Below are positions 25,101 through 38,397 of a DNA stretch of 64,000 nucleotides, piece after piece. The position numbers and the translations under genes are program-made. Position 1 is the first letter of the stretch. Every line of letters begins with the position of its first letter. Under the pieces are notes generated by a model, which had not been told where the DNA came from, made no database searches, and saw only the letters and a program-made list of their open reading frames with translations. The stretch spans positions 5,022,001-5,086,000 of the forward strand of contig CDRNST010000067.1 of assembly GCA_977016875.1 (NCBI GenBank), in the 5' to 3' direction. Origin of the DNA: Pavona decussata. Taxonomy: Eukaryota.

Positions 25101-28100
25101 TTGCTGCGCAAATCAAAGGAAAGGTGTCCATATGTTTATTCGACTCGTAAATGTACATATTTCATTCCTTTCTGTCACTGTTTAAGGAGGTTTATTAGAA
25201 TACTTTATAATGAATATTAGTTATTTTTAAGAGGGCATTTGTATGAGATAACTCCCACCCAAAAATGAGAACTCAGAAGTTCGAGACATTGCAACACCCT
25301 ATTTGCAACAATCAACAGACGTGTGATAAAAGGACACTGTGTCAAAATGAATTCCAATTTACCCATCACTGCAATCAAAATCCGCAAACATGTCCATCCT
25401 TTTGATGCCCTCCTCAACTCTTCCCTGTGATGTCTGCTCTAGTAATGATCACAGCATAAAATTTTGAACGTCAAAGTATTTGCTTGTAATTTGAAAACTT
25501 AACATTTTGACACTTTTTTTGTAGTCATTTTTAAATTGTATTTATTCGATATCTCTTAAGGCTTTAGTTACTATATTTCCGTTGGAATACTATATATTTC
25601 ACACTGTTTATAGTTTTATAAAAATTAGAAACACTTAGTTTTTAGCTGCACCATTCATTCTAATTTTATTTACTTATTTACTTTTACTTATTTTCTGGGA
25701 ACTTTTCCCTAAGGCAAAGTCTTCTTGCATTCTCACTGACTCACTGCACACCGGACGAGTTGGAATCTCTTCTGAAAGCCAGAAGTCTCTTAGAAACGAA
25801 GGTCAGCTAGCCTAGACATTATGCATTAGTAATAGTACAATTCAGTTGTAACAAACACATTTGAGAAGACTGGGAGATGGCCAACACTCTCTTGAAGAAT
25901 TCAGATCTTAGAGTAAACGTTTGACCAACTGTCATCAACTGGTAGTCGTTAACTCTAGTTGCTCCAGTTTTGTTTTGTGAATTATATGGTTTTTAATTTT
26001 TGAGTCATTTATTCTTCAACAAGGTCGATTCTTTCATCTTTTTAAATTACTCTCTGAATTAATTTTTTCCATTTTTGTCAATAATCTGTTGGTGGGCAGT
26101 CTTTAAACTGCTGTCTGACCGTTTCCTGTTATTTTATTTGAAAATGCAGGCTATGTTTTGGGGGTAAATTGTGGTCTAGATGAAACATATGAGGCAAATT
26201 TGAATGTGGCATGGGATGGTTATTCCCTCAGCTCTTCAATTTATTTATATACTGTATGTGGGATAAAATTGAGGAAACTCTTTACAAGATCTTGTGGCAT
26301 GACCACATCATTTCAAAACTGTTTTCTTAATCTATGCAATGTTTCACTATTATTTTACTTACAGAGTTTGTATCAGGAGTTGAATAAACACATGCAAGCA
26401 ACTGATCAGGTACAACCCAGTTTAACCCTGTCCTTTAAATTTGTTTTAAGCAGTTACCAGTGACTCGGTGACCTGGATATTCACTGCAGGGATTAGCCCG
26501 TGGGATGTTGTTAGGTTTCCGTTTGGCTGGTGGCTATTCATTTGTGAACATGGGAAGAGAGAAACAATGTGGAGTAAAATCTCTCTTATGTCTAAGGAAA
26601 CCCTTAACACGATGTACTGACCACGGCCCCGTTGTTCAAAACCTGATTAAGCTCACCAAGGATTGGTGTGAACTTCATTTCCAGTTTAGTTGCCAATCAA
26701 TAAAGATTTTTGCTTTTCAGTTTTGACTTAAACGTTCCTAAATGCATCAGCATGAAATTAGCTTTTAATAACATTTTCAGGATAAGGCAAAATAAAAACC
26801 TTGGTTAACTTTTAATCGTGGATTAGTGTGAATTGGGTTTTAAACAACTAGACCCAAGACTCAAACCACTAGCCTTTTAGTCGTAATCTGATATGCCACC
26901 CATTTAACCACCTTTGACTGATTTCTTTTATGTACGAGACTAAACCAATTCATTCAAAGCATTTATGGTTGTGAACAAAAGAAATCAGTCAAGCGTTTGT
27001 ATCTCTATTGTGTAGGGCACTTGCATTTTAAAGAAAAAAAAATCTGAATACGCGACTAAGTTTCTGTGCCAAAATAGACCTTATATGGAGTAATTTCAAT
27101 TTCATGACTAAAAAAAAAGGTCACTAACGATAATCTTGCATAACACCCTTCAATTCCATTCCCGCAAAAACTCTTGCAACATAAGTGAATGTTTTCCATA
27201 TCCATTTGTGTTTAGGAAAACGAAGCTTCATCTTTGGATCAGGGTCTTTTGACGCATTCTAAGGCCCTGTTGTCAGCTGTAGGTGACAAGAAGTTCTGGA
27301 AGAGCACTATGAAGTGGTTCAGACCTCTGCATGATGAACAGACAACAGTGATAGACAGTCAACTGATCACACAAAGCTCACAGGCCATTAACACTCTTGA
27401 ATTTCATCCATTCTACCAGTCACTCGTGGAAAAACATCTTACAAGATCGAAAGGGGTAAGATGTGAAAAATATGAAGAACACATTGGTCCAGCCACACGT
27501 GAGTGCCTTCAAGCAGCACTGATATGATTCACATGTTAGCTGTATCTTAAGTTATGCATACTGAGTCGATAATTCCGGTGCATTATTGGTTAAAGAATTT
27601 CTGCCNNNNNNNNNNNNNNNNNNNNNNNNNNNNNNNNNNNNNNNNNNNNNNNNNNNNNNNNNNNNNNNNNNNNNNNNNNNNNNNNNNNNNNNNNNNNNNN
27701 NNNNNNNNNNNNNNNNNNNNNNNNNNNNNNNNNNNNNNNNNNNNNNNNNNNNNNNNNNNNNNNNNNNNNNNNNNNNNNNNNNNNNNATGAGCATCACATT
27801 GCTAAGCAGGTGTCTAACAAACCACTATTGTTCAGTCGCTGTTTGTTAAGGACACAAAAGTTGTCTGAGACCAGATCTGAAGGAACGATAACTGAACCAA
27901 CCAGTGAAGGTACTTAGTAATTTGTGTTCTAATGGGAAGTAGGTGGTTGGTGGTGATTTATTTTCATTGATCAATTCAATCAGTTGTCCGTTTCTAAAGA
28001 AAGTAAATACAACACACGCAGGTAAAGTAGAAAATGTTCCAGCTACTAGTTCATACCAAAAACACTGCCTGTTGTTTACCTGCCAACTCCTCCGGAGTCA

Positions 28101-31100
28101 AATTCATAAAATTACCTGTAGTTCTGAAGATATTCTGATGTCTTCCGAACATTGCCAAAGATTTCCAAAGATGTTCCGATGATCTGCGAACGTTGCAGAA
28201 GATGTCCGAAGATTTGTGGGAAAGTGTAAGAGTTTTTAAAGCTTTATCTTCCGTTCACCTGACTTAGAGCGTAATCGATGTGACTACTTTTTGTCAACAT
28301 TGAGTCAAATTTACATGTTATTCATTTGGGAGCTACTGGAAGTCCAGATTTGTGAGCCACGAGGCGTGAGAAACAGGCATGTATGCCCGAGATCAGTTTT
28401 TGTTTCAGTCTGTAGGCGTGAGACTCGTACATAAGGTGTAAGTGTTGGAAGGTATACTGTTGTTTCTGCGTTTATGACTAGATCCAATTTTCTCTAATGA
28501 TTGGTGATTTTTGTTAATTTGTTTTAAATGCGGACAGTGATGATTCAGTTGGCAGAGTCAATTCTACCAGAAGACACCTCGCTGGGGGTTGCTTATCTTC
28601 TAGCACTTGACGAGGTTTGTTTAACAGATATCTGTATGCAAAGCGGTATCAAAACAAGACAATACAGATTTACAAACTTCTACAAGTGGTAACTCCATTA
28701 AAGCACGCACTAAATTAATGTTTTACGTGTACAATTAGTAGTTGGTGTCTTACCTTGTTGATAAAAACAAAGTTGCATAATGTGTTCACGGTTATTGATT
28801 TGGACTAATTCTATTTTCTCTATATGCACTACTTTCTCTTTGATGCTACTCAGTGACTGTTTCTTTCTATTAATGGCCAACCATGTAATGTTTCTCTGTC
28901 GTTATAGGATCAGCATAGTCTTTTTAAGGCCCCGCTTAATGATATTACCTGGGTATGAACTCACAATCTCACTGAACTGGTACTCATTAAGCAACCACAC
29001 CAGACAATCTACCAAATGTTTAATTCTTTTCTTTGGTATTTCAGGCAGAGCAAGTTGATGAATTTTTCAGCAGTTGTGGCAATAGTTACTTGTGTCTACA
29101 CATGGCAGCATACTGCTTTGCAGTTAATACCTACAACACCCTGCAGCCTTCAGTGATGACTCACCAGGCGGACACGTATCGTTTCGTACCCTCAGAGCTC
29201 ATTGATCACATGATGCGCCATATTACTGCTGGTGTGCACAAAAACTGGCCAAAAGAAACCCAGCTCTTTGTTAACTTCCTGGTTCGGTATCACAATCGTA
29301 TGGCTGACTTTGCACAAGGGCAACTGCTTCACAGCTTGGGTAAAGGTATGCAAAGAGCAATGAAGTTAAGTAAGTGGAGAAGGGGATGAGAAACCTTTGT
29401 GTGCTGCCTTTCTTGCTCACCTCTTCGATATATCACCCTTTTCACAATAATTTTAAAAACGCTTTTGACTGTTGAGTATCTGAATGTAACAGATTGTCAT
29501 AGTTGTTGTTGGCCAGTAGCTGGCAATTTTGCTGTTATGGTCAATTCATGACTGACAAGTGTATGATTTGAAGACTGAGTTAGATGAAGCACCAAACATG
29601 GTACTTTGTTTTGTTCCTCACCAAATTTTTCATTTTAATTGCAGGAGTTGACATAGGCCGTTTTGCTCAAGATCCCGAGTACAAACGAGAGACCATTCTT
29701 GGTTTGGCAATGTAAGATGAAAATAATGTAGAGACCTTATCAGTCTTTATGGCTGTGTGATCTTTCTACTAAGTAGCGGCCACTAGATTTACGTACTAAA
29801 GAATACGAAAATTAAACCACACAAGTTGAGTTCTTTAACACAAATGAAGTAATATCTATCACATTTAGACTGAGTTTCAGTTGTCTTATAAATAGCATCT
29901 TGTGCACCTCACTATCCAACATATTTGTGCTCAAAACCACTGAAGTGGTTCCTCATTCCTTGTGGACTTTTTCTGAGGCGGTTTTGTGTTGTAAAGACAT
30001 AGTTCCCGTTTCAGTTTCCTTTTCAAGCCATTAACCAGTGTTGATTTTTTTCCTCATGTGTGGTGTTTATTTTTATAACTCAATCTGACTGTGAACAAAT
30101 TGACATACAATATGGCAAAATATTGTTCTTGTTGCAGGGCGCTTGAGGAAGAGGTTTTCAACACAGCCTTGTCTCTGGCAGACCGCTATGACGTTTCTAA
30201 ATGGGAAATGCTGATGACACATCTGGAGTCCCTTTTCTCAGACAGCAAGTAAATTTGACATGAATTAAATTGTGCACAAATTGTTATTGTTTAAAATTTA
30301 TTTCTTAACTCCCAGCGACACACTTGGCGATTTTATACGCCGATCCCGCGATTTTCTACGTTTATTGCTGCGAATCAGCAGTAAAGCCAACCCATCAGGT
30401 TGGGCGATTTTATAACATGAGTTTTCAAAACTACCACATCGCCGCGATCGACGAAAAAAATCGCTAGGTGTGTCCGCATCAATCAGTGGCGAAAATCGCT
30501 TGCGATTTTCGCTGGCGATCAAGTTCGCCGCGATCGACGTATAAAATCGCCAGGTGTGTCGCTGGCTTAAGAAAAACGTTGTGTCTTATGTCCCATTACT
30601 TTCATCTTCAGCCTGTCAACAAAAGAGATTCAAGAAAGGGTTAACAAACTGGAAATAATGACCACCCTACTACAGGATCCCTGCAAGGTAACTATTCATT
30701 TTCTGATGTTTGTGGTAAAGTAGGTTTCCTAAATTGTTTTTGTTTGGGGTTTTTTTTTACATGGAACTCCACCAATTGAATTTTTCGATGTCAAAGAGTT
30801 TAAATATGATAAGATATGAAAAATTAATTTTATTTGTTATGTGGCTGTCTGTTTAAAACGTTAATTAAACAATAATGTCTTTAAAGTAGATTATAAAGAT
30901 CTGGTATTCTTCTCTTCTGGTATCTTATTTTACCAGTGATGATCATCTTATTCCTAAAAAGACTATTTTATTGAATAAAATTGTCTAGTACCTACTGTAT
31001 TAAATTGAAGGGGAAGTGTGCTTTCTCTTGTCTTAAAAGTTTTTTTCCGGATATTTTTCTTCATATTTTCCTTTTTTTTTTTCTTCTTATTTTCTGACAA

Positions 31101-34100
31101 TTCCAATCATGAAAAATCAATTTCAATTAAAGTAGAAAGGTTTTTTTTATAGGAAAGCATGTTTTTAAGTTAAATTCTTAAACTTTCCTGGAGAAGCATA
31201 GTCATGCTTCTAACAACCAGGCTCAGGGTACTTCTTACCTTGTAAATTTAGTTGGCATTAGCCTAAATAACCGTGTTTGTGTCCGTTTCAGGTAGCAGAA
31301 AGAATGCAAGATAACGTGTATGTAACCATTGATGGCACTAAACATGCAAGGTTAATTTATTACTACATGCTGCTGGAACAGTGTGAAGAGAAAGACCACA
31401 CCCTGAAGGTACAATACTTACTGCACATGTCATTCTAATCTCCCAGCCAAACCACCCATCTAAAAGTACTGGTAAATTATCGCCTTGTTACTTTATTTAA
31501 ATGTCAATGTATTTAGCGCAGAGCACTAATTGGGAACCCTTTCCAGATCGAATTAGAGGTGTTGGTTTTTGAAGAGAGGGGAAAACCGGAGTACCCGGAG
31601 AAAAACCTCTCGGAGCAAGGACGGGAACCAACAACAGACTTAATGCACATATGACGCCGAGTCCGAGAATCGAACCGCAGCCACATTGGTCTCATCACTG
31701 CGCCATCCCTGCTCCCTTAAATATTTTTTTCTGGTGTCTCAATTCATCCCATTTCATAGTAACATTATTATGTTCTACTTATCTATCTATATATATAATT
31801 CTTTTCATTATGCTAGGCTAAGTTAGCTGCTCAAGTTCATCTCAGAATACTCAGGAAAATAAAGTCAGCTGCTTCAGGTAAGTAACTTTAATTTTCCATT
31901 CTTAAAACGGGACTTAATATTAAACGTTTAATTCTTTCTTTTCTTCCAGGTCTGGATTACAAGAACCTTACCTCTGTAGACGCACCTCTGAAAGTTTTAA
32001 AACCAGTGCTGACAAGCACTAACGTGCATCTATTGGCCAAACTAGCGACTAAGATTCCCACCCAGGTCAGATGCTTTATAATTTGTGTCCTCTGCTCCCA
32101 TGCTGTGCGATAATCATTGTTTTTTATGTATCTTATTTATTTATGACAGAATTTTTTTTGTTTGCTTGATCAAATATTAACGTTACTGTCATATGAAAAT
32201 TCCTTATCAATTTTTCTTCCCCGCGTTTGAGGCGTACAAAAGCGTCAAATTTCACTTCCGGTTAGCTACAATACCGCCTAAGAAACTGGGGATAGTAGGA
32301 CTGTGACGTCAATACAGGAACGCTTAGTCTCTTCCAACCGGAAGTGAAATTTGACAGTTTTATAGGCCCCAAACGCCGGGAAGAAAAATTGATAAGGAAT
32401 TTTTTTTGTTTTTCGATTTTCATACGAGATCAACATGAAGATTTGATCAAACAAATAATTTTTTCATGTCCACTTGAAGGTGAAGAAGTCAGGAGAAAGG
32501 AGCTAGCTGGCGGTAACAGTGATGCACTTGTGGTCATCACTGAAGCATACTATATTACCGCGTTGATGGCAGTGAGTTCTGTTAGCCAATGTGCCCTTAA
32601 TGTAACACTGTTTCTGTTCCAGGGTGGCAGTTGTATAGAGCCTTCAAGTGTGTTTAAAGTTTACACTGAGAAGTTATTTTGGGAAGGGGAACAGAAGAGG
32701 AAAGATAGTGAGGCAGAGCAACCTGTAAGTGATTGTCAAATTATTTTATTATCACTGAGATACTTTGAAGTTTACTTTTTACATCATTTGTCACATTTCA
32801 CAGACCATGTTCCAAGTCTTTAAATGAATTTAACTAATGACATGCGTTATGTAATAGAATAAGACAAGGATCATTGGTTCAAAATGTCATTACTAACTGC
32901 CTTTTTCATGACAGGATGATTGGGGGAAGCGTTATGATGCTTGCCACAAAATGCTGCCTCGTCTGTCACCCCCGGGAGTTCAGCAATTTATTGATTCAGT
33001 TACATTCAGTGAATCAGCTGTGGACAACATGACTATAGAGAACAGAATGGAGATTGCAAACAGAGCTTTGAGGTTTGCACGACAGCAAGATGCGGCTCAA
33101 AAGAAAAAGGGAATCAGTGAGACTCAGGAAGAAAGGTGTTTTAAATTGCATACTTTGTTCAGCTGTGTGGGTGGGGGGGGGGGAAGAGGGAGGTGTGTAT
33201 TTCCACTTCCCTTTAGTCCTATTTCCCAGCTCGTTTCTAGTGACTCCTGCCTCTTTGTGCCTTTTTGTTGCAAAATTTTATGCACTGCTGAAATTTTGTG
33301 CCATTTTATCCCAATTCCTACCACCTTGGGGAGCCTGGGCCCCTAAAATGGGCCAGCTGTTAATAGTTCTCAGGGAGACCAGACTTCGATAATATCATGA
33401 GGTTCTTTTTTTAACATTCCTGGTTTACATTTTTGGGTGATAATAATGTGGATAACACAGCAATGAAGGAGTAACAGCACTTTTACCTACCCCACCTACC
33501 ACCTTTGCACTTTTGTTTGTTCGTTGTTGAAATAGCGATTTAAGTGAGATTATTAATTAAGAACCTGCTGCAAGCTGCTTCGTCATCATCCAAAATCAAA
33601 AAATAAACCAAGGCACGAGAGTGTTCACTGGGAAAATAACATAGTTGACACGGTTTGTGATGTGATTAAAAACAAGCTCTGGACATCTGTGACGGCAAAA
33701 ATCAGTGCTACTACTAGTGTATGCAGTATTAAGCCAAACGGTTTTTCACTGAAACTTTGGTACGACAGACAATTCCAACGTTTTGAGGAGTAAACGTCTT
33801 TCGTAGGTGCATAAAGTGCATAAATAAATCGGAGCAACCATTGAAAAATAGACCCTTTTGGCTGGTCTGATTTATTTTACACTTATGGGAATGTAGTTAA
33901 CCAATCAGATCACAAAATGAAAACAATAACACACCTGAAAATATTTGAGGCTTCGACGAGATAAACCAAGCCAAGCCTGTTTATTCTTTTAGCTCAGAAG
34001 TGAATAAAATGATCATCAATACGTGAACTGCAGAATAAGGATCCTAGCCTTGTGGTTTTGTCATGGGTCAATCCCATTCCAGCCATTTAGCCATAATGTT

Positions 34101-37100
34101 TTCAGGTTTTGTGTTACTAGCTCAATTCCTTACTTCATTTTGAAGGTCTTTGGAAGATGAACATATTCACTGTAAGAGGTATAAAACTCAAAAGACACTA
34201 TTGTTCTTTGCAGTGCTTCAGAAGAAATAGTCAGCTTTGAACAAGTTATAAATCATTTGGAACAGTCATGCAGGCACTTAGAATCTCTTGCTGACCCACT
34301 CGTGTATGAACTGACTGAACGCGACAAGGTATATCAGCATATTGTGTTGATAATTCTCATTGTAAGAGCCATAGTGATCTTTTTTAAGAACGAAATCAGG
34401 ACAGTTTCATGAAGTAACTTAAGGTTAGGTTTGAAATCTTTATTGCAGGATTTTCCTTCCCTTTTCGTCCCCAATTCACATTATACAATGTCACTTTTCG
34501 CCGATTTCTTTAAAGGAATTATGGGCCCCCTCTGGTATCAGCCTAGTTGCTGAATGGGTCACTCACCCAAATTAAGTTTACCTTTACCTTTAACAAAACT
34601 CAGGACGGAATTCAGTCCATTTGAACCCCGTAGCCAGTTCCCAATTTTTACCGAGGTAGTAGCAAAAAGACACACGCACGATAAAAATATTTGCATGGTA
34701 AGTGCAAAAACCTGCGCATTCCTCAGGCAGTGGCCGAAATCCTTCTCTACGGGTTTTAAATACATCGAAAGTTCTTAGCTCTCACTTCACTTAATTCCAA
34801 ATGCTGAACTTAGAAATCTTTACCAAGGCAACTGGCTCAGTTGCCTCTGCGCTGGCTAAAGGCCCGGTTTAAACTAGAATTTAGCGACAACTGACCTGAA
34901 ATATTGTTTCCTTGCAGGATATGGGTACAAGCTATGCAAGGATGTATGATCTGTCCCGCTCAGACCCTGATGAAATCTGCAAGCTTGCTTCTCAAATGTT
35001 GATTGGTGGTGAATCTTTAGAGATAATCAATGAACTTCTCTTGCTCGCTTCGAGACAAAAACCCCAGAAGGGTAGAGTGGGGAAGATACTGCAGCAAACT
35101 TTCAAAGTAGTCTTAGAGTGTCTCAGGTGCGTTTACGTTGCGCTTTTTAGCTCCCGAAAGGTTTTCTGTTGTTGTCATTGTTGTTTTGCTTTGCTTTGTT
35201 TGTTTGTTTTTTAATATCTCTCTCATACTTCACGGCCTGATTTTTTAAAGTTGGTTTCCAGTTCCATTTTAGCGTCCTAGAGGGAAAAACTTCTATGAAA
35301 GCGTTTTTGTAAGGCGGCCGTGGTCATTGTGATGGAAATTACCCAGGAGTTTGAAGTTTCTCAGGATATATATTTTTCCTAGTTTTCTTTGCATATTTTT
35401 GGTTCTGTTTCTATTTTTAACAGCAAGTAAAACTTACAGCTTTATAAAAACTTCTTATATGGTTATGTCCATTGGACTGCTTGCAACTTGCGTTGTGGTC
35501 CACATCCACATTGTCACTTTCCACCTAGGTTGTATAACTAATAGATTGCAATGAATTGACGACGATACTGGACAAAATGTTTGGTGAACACTACAGCAGC
35601 CGGACTGACTTTCTATCCAGGGAAGTTTCAATGCTAATCTTGTCTTCATGTCGCCTGTTCTTTTTCAGTGAAACGGCAGATCATAGTCATTCACTACTTG
35701 GCAGCAAAGACCCAATGGACATTGTACAGACAATTATACGTACGGTAAGCATTCATGTTCAAAAAGGAGGAACAATGACCAGTCAAGAGGATATAGTTGA
35801 ATGTTTACGACCATTCTGTGCTGATGTTGCCGTATCCGCTGCTGTGAAGACTGCTGTTCTTCGGTCAATAGAGGAATCATTTGATCTTAGTGGAGAAGAC
35901 ACCTTTCTACTGTTGTTTTATCAAACAGATGCCCTTGTGTCTTCCACATGGAACAGAAAGGTTAGTAGTGTTTATACTGATTTGCCACCGTCTGTTTGTG
36001 TGGTTTACTCTACTTTTGAATGGTTTTGAAGATTACGTAAGTAGCGCTTTTAGATACATGTGAGAGTTTTTCAAACTTATAAAACTGAAATTAGAAAAGT
36101 AAAAAATGTTGACAACATGTTTTCCTTTGTTGCTCTAGGTTTTTTATTATTATTTCAAAACATGAACTGTTTAACTGCACAGGTTGGCAAGCCTGTGTTG
36201 AAAACAATATGAATCACTATTAATTACGGTTATTCGTTTCAAGTGCTTGCTAGGTAATTAATAATTGTACTGAGTTATTTTCTTTTTCCTTGATTATCTT
36301 TAACTGTACAATTTTGCCAGCTGATTTTCATAATCCCGATCATTTGAATTTATTTGTGGATGAACATGAAAGAAATGTTGAGTGTCTATATTTTAAATAA
36401 TTTCAAATCAGCAACAGTTACAGACATACTTCACAGTCGCTGCATGGCTATAGCTGTTGTTATGGAGACCATAAAAACACATCGGGCCCTGCCATACGGG
36501 TGCGTTTTGTGATTAAATTATAATTTATTACCTGTTCATTCACGCAGCTCACACCAGAAGACATTGACAGTGACACTAAAAGGCACCGTTTATTTGAGAC
36601 CCTCCTAAATGAGAGCCTGTCTCTCTCTCAGCTCCTTTGTCTGGGTTCTTTGCTACAGATATGGCCTGTCCTTGCAGCTACAGAACTCAGGTAAGCAGTG
36701 ATTAGTTTCCTGCTTTGAAGCAAAAAGACAACATTTAAAGCATGCCCTTTTTGTTCCTTTCGACAGTGAAGAGCCATCAGCTAACCCTTGGGTTCAACTC
36801 ATGGACAAACTGATCCGTTGCCATGGAGACGGTGAGCATGTGATTGAAATGGTCAAACAGCTCAGCAGCACTACAAGCCTCACTGTTGAGGTATGAAACT
36901 GAACACAGTACAACAGTACCAAACCACCTGAGTATGTTTTGATTCACTTGCTGCTCGATGTAATGGTGTTATTTTGTCTCTAGTGCTGTTCCCATGTCTA
37001 CAACTTGATGCTCCTCAAGTGCCGAGCCCTGTATGCCTTAAAGTTTGCCTTGGTGTCCACAATTGAAGCCATGCATCATTTGGCATTGGAAAACATGAAG

Positions 37101-38086
37101 AATCTAAAGGTAGAAACTCAGTGGTGCATTTTTTTTTTTTTTAACAAAAATGGTACTTACAGTTAATTTCCATTTCCGTTTCCGTTTCTTTGTGACTAAG
37201 GGCTTTCTTTTTTCAAATATTATCATTATAGCTATTATTCTTTCAGTTTATTATTTCTGCCCGTTCCAGATATGCCATTATGCTTTCATGTTGTGATTAG
37301 TGCCCGCATGTGCGGAGTACTATTTCATTTCTTTAGGTCCCAAATCAACCAAAATGTTGGCTATCCTCGGTATAGTCCGAAAGACACGCATGGTGTTCAT
37401 TTATACAGCTGAGGGGTCAGAATGGTCTTCGAATGTAACATTAAAATCTGATAGTCAAGATTCAAGTAGTAGAAAACTTTATTTTTGGGACAAGAATGGA
37501 CNNNNNNNNNNNNNNNNNNNNNNNNNNNNNNNNNNNNNNNNNNNNNNNNNNNNNNNNNNNNNNNNNNNNNNNNNNNNNNNNNNNNNNNNNNNNNNNNNNN
37601 NNNNNNNNNNNNNNNNNNNNNNNNNNNNNNNNNNNNNNNNNNNNNNNNNNNNNNNNNNNNNNNNNNNNNNNTTCTTATTGTCCCGTTAAATTCGGCTTGG
37701 TGCCGTTGTGGTTTCCTCATGACATATACATGTATTTTTTGAAACAATCCATGTAACAGTAATATTTCTTGCATTCACAGATCAATTCAAACTCCTATGA
37801 TGATGAGCTGCTGGAACTTCTTATATCTCATGGGCTTACAGCAGAGGTCGCACGAACGCCTTTTCTCACGCCTCTCTTCAACTATGTTCTCAGCCACCCT
37901 GACGGGCCTGGTGATTTACATTCAGCTGACAAAGGAGCGCGAGTTAAGCTTGTCGCCTCTCAGTTACAAACTGCCGGCTACTGGACAGAGGCTGGGACAC
38001 TAATGTTGAACTATCATCGAACGCATCCTGCTTTAAGGACTTTTGACAATGCTGTAGGGGTGTTGTCTAGTTGGCTAAGAAGATAA
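783..38086 (+). CDS. NBAS: NBAS / neuroblastoma-amplified sequence (Sec39 family, NRZ tethering complex), 5'-partial multi-exon gene
   Basis: GT-AG exons with consistent phases: 783-858, 1374-1424, 1538-1591, 11759-11884, 12160-12207, 12753-12826, 12953-13012, 14371-14433, 20875-20938, 22003-22061, 23149-23251, 23369-23705, 24082-24161, 24329-24504, 24608-24649, 25714-25801, 26365-26409, 27216-27455, (start in gap)27787-27909, 28538-28614, 29045-29345, 29645-29711, 30138-30248, 30612-30687, 31292-31408, 31817-31877, 31950-32065, 32623-32724, 32915-33135, 34214-34328, 34918-35126, 35669-35960, 36548-36690, 36767-36890, 36984-37109, 37781-38086. Peptides match NBAS as recalled: WYKNRACEIE..LIKLGMERGI..LEVLVYE; LVLEAAKEYFNSS..MDLAKECLNLI..LQEEFNLI..ILPLQVRLC; LLAFSLTHC; GVDIGRFAQDPEYKRETILGLA; EAGTLMLNYHRTHPALRTF. 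Start lies upstream of the window. Confidence 0.93.
2288..3305. repeat. Local dispersed duplication of ~130 bp (2288-2425 / 3149-3305)
   Basis: GTTGTTATCT.TCACTGAGTTCTT.TGTTTAACTCATTGGTTGGT.AAACATTTGAAC twice. Confidence 0.8.
4000..4570 (-). mobile_element. Decayed CR1/L2 RT fragment
   Basis: SVLGLLL..VYIKDL..C..VDDT resembles QGSxLGPLLFxxYINDL..YVDDT. Confidence 0.55.
6982..8808. repeat. Tandem triplication of a 609-bp unit
   Basis: Units start at 6982, 7591, 8200 and are nearly identical; each holds a LINE 3' fragment and a palindromic element. Confidence 0.95.
8914..9757. repeat. Local duplication of ~280 bp (8914-9195 / 9483-9757)
   Basis: TCAGTTGATGCTACTA..GTTCAGATTTTCAAC..TTGACAGGTGAAAATTTGAA..GTTGAATCACACAAGTATGAGTAATTATAA twice. 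Confidence 0.85.
10759..10909. mobile_element. MITE
   Basis: TIR CAATCTCGTACCCAGAGTCCTTGGGCTCTTTAGCCAG / CTGGCTAAAGAGCCTGAGGACTCTGGCTATGAGATTG. Confidence 0.8.
15250..15700 (-). mobile_element. Penelope-like GIY-YIG 3' end fragment
   Basis: GKAYIG..DRVTVIDRDTHRYTCRVKEVIHVRLYSDNINRDNGIE..AWLPMIKQHNS, followed by a partial hammerhead-like motif. Confidence 0.8.
16111..17340 (+). mobile_element. Decayed Gypsy LTR element: putative 5' LTR, PBS and integrase fragment
   Basis: TGTAACC(16111)...GGTTACA(16585), then TGGCGTAGTCAGCAGGA (tRNA-Ser-type PBS, 16589); FWHYGVPKRIHSDQDQNFERKLVQKLCKLYEVEKS integrase core at ~16685; no 3' LTR seen. Confidence 0.75.
17721..20437. repeat. Minisatellite, ~65 units of ~38-55 bp
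   Basis: Unit GGGAAAATACGTGAAACAATAGTATTGT(GGT)nGGAGAT/GGAAGA, inside the NBAS intron 14434-20874. Confidence 0.97.
22192..22570 (+). mobile_element. 3' stub of an RLE-type non-LTR retrotransposon (R4/Dong-like)
   Basis: Degenerate C-terminus LERMQKAV..LNIA..FKVVT plus a 3' UTR, between TAA-rich tracts (22088-22135 and ~22568-22585). Confidence 0.55.
22575..23100 (-). mobile_element. L2-clade LINE 3' end
   Basis: KTLGDRAFKIAAHKIWNIL...FKKQLKTHYF plus 3' UTR ending in a TTA-rich tail. Confidence 0.75.
23369..23705 (+). CDS. NBAS: NBAS internal exon (Sec39 region)
   Basis: IYTETLLHSGRRECILLAG...LVLEAAKEYFNSSADLSDKVMDLAKECLNLIDDRSPALQEEFNLIAALALLDDFGISILPLQ, bounded by ctcag| and |gtaag. Confidence 0.93.
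26625..26855. mobile_element. Older copy of the same MITE family
   Basis: GGCCCCGTTGTTCAAAACCTGATTAAGCT...GTTAACTTTTAATCGTGGATTAG..AACAACTAGACC, alignable to 44613-44851. Confidence 0.7.
30309..30568. mobile_element. MITE (Harbinger-like)
   Basis: CCAGCGACACACTTGGCGATTTTATACG / CGTATAAAATCGCCAGGTGTGTCGCTGG, TTAA-flanked, internal AAAATCGC repeats. Confidence 0.8.
31480..31716 (-). mobile_element. tRNA-derived SINE (SINE2)
   Basis: A box TGGCGCAGTG, B box GGTTCGATTC, conserved central TTCTCCGGGTACTCCGGTTT, tail ending AAATAAAG; tail-only copy at ~49691-49765. Confidence 0.85.
32150..32463. mobile_element. Palindromic MITE-like element
   Basis: AAATTCCTTATCAATTTTTCTTCC..GTCAAATTTCACTTCCGGTT and its inverse. 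Confidence 0.75.
37781..38086 (+). CDS. NBAS: NBAS terminal coding exon
   Basis: cacag| acceptor, INSNSYDDELLELL...EAGTLMLNYHRTHPALRTFDNAVGVLSSWLRR then TAA. Confidence 0.9.
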   Translation: MNSNSYDDELLELLISHGLTAEVARTPFLTPLFNYVLSHPDGPGDLHSADKGARVKLVASQLQTAGYWTEAGTLMLNYHRTHPALRTFDNAVGVLSSWLRR

Positions 38087-38207
38087 AATCGCCTGAAAGC
38101 AGCAAATGATCTAGACAACACACACCTGCCTTCGAATTAAGAAAATGACAAGTCACTGAATGGCCAGTTAAACCGAAAACTCCTCAGAAAACTTTCAAAC
38201 AACTGTG

Positions 38208-38397
38208 AAAATTGGAGGAATGTGGCTATGACAGAAAGCGTCCAGTCGTGTTTTGAACTTTCCATACATTTGTCTGTATAGCAAACCAGCCGTGAGCTGC
38301 TACTAAAAATAGTTCGCGGGAAAAAATACAGGGAAATGTACGGAAAGTTCAAAACACGACTGGACGCTTTCTGTCACAGCTACATCCCTCCAATTTT
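38208..38397. mobile_element. Palindromic MITE-like element just downstream of the NBAS stop
   Basis: AAAATTGGAGG..GACAGAAAGCGTCCAGTCGTGTTTTGAACTTTCC and its inverse. Confidence 0.8.
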
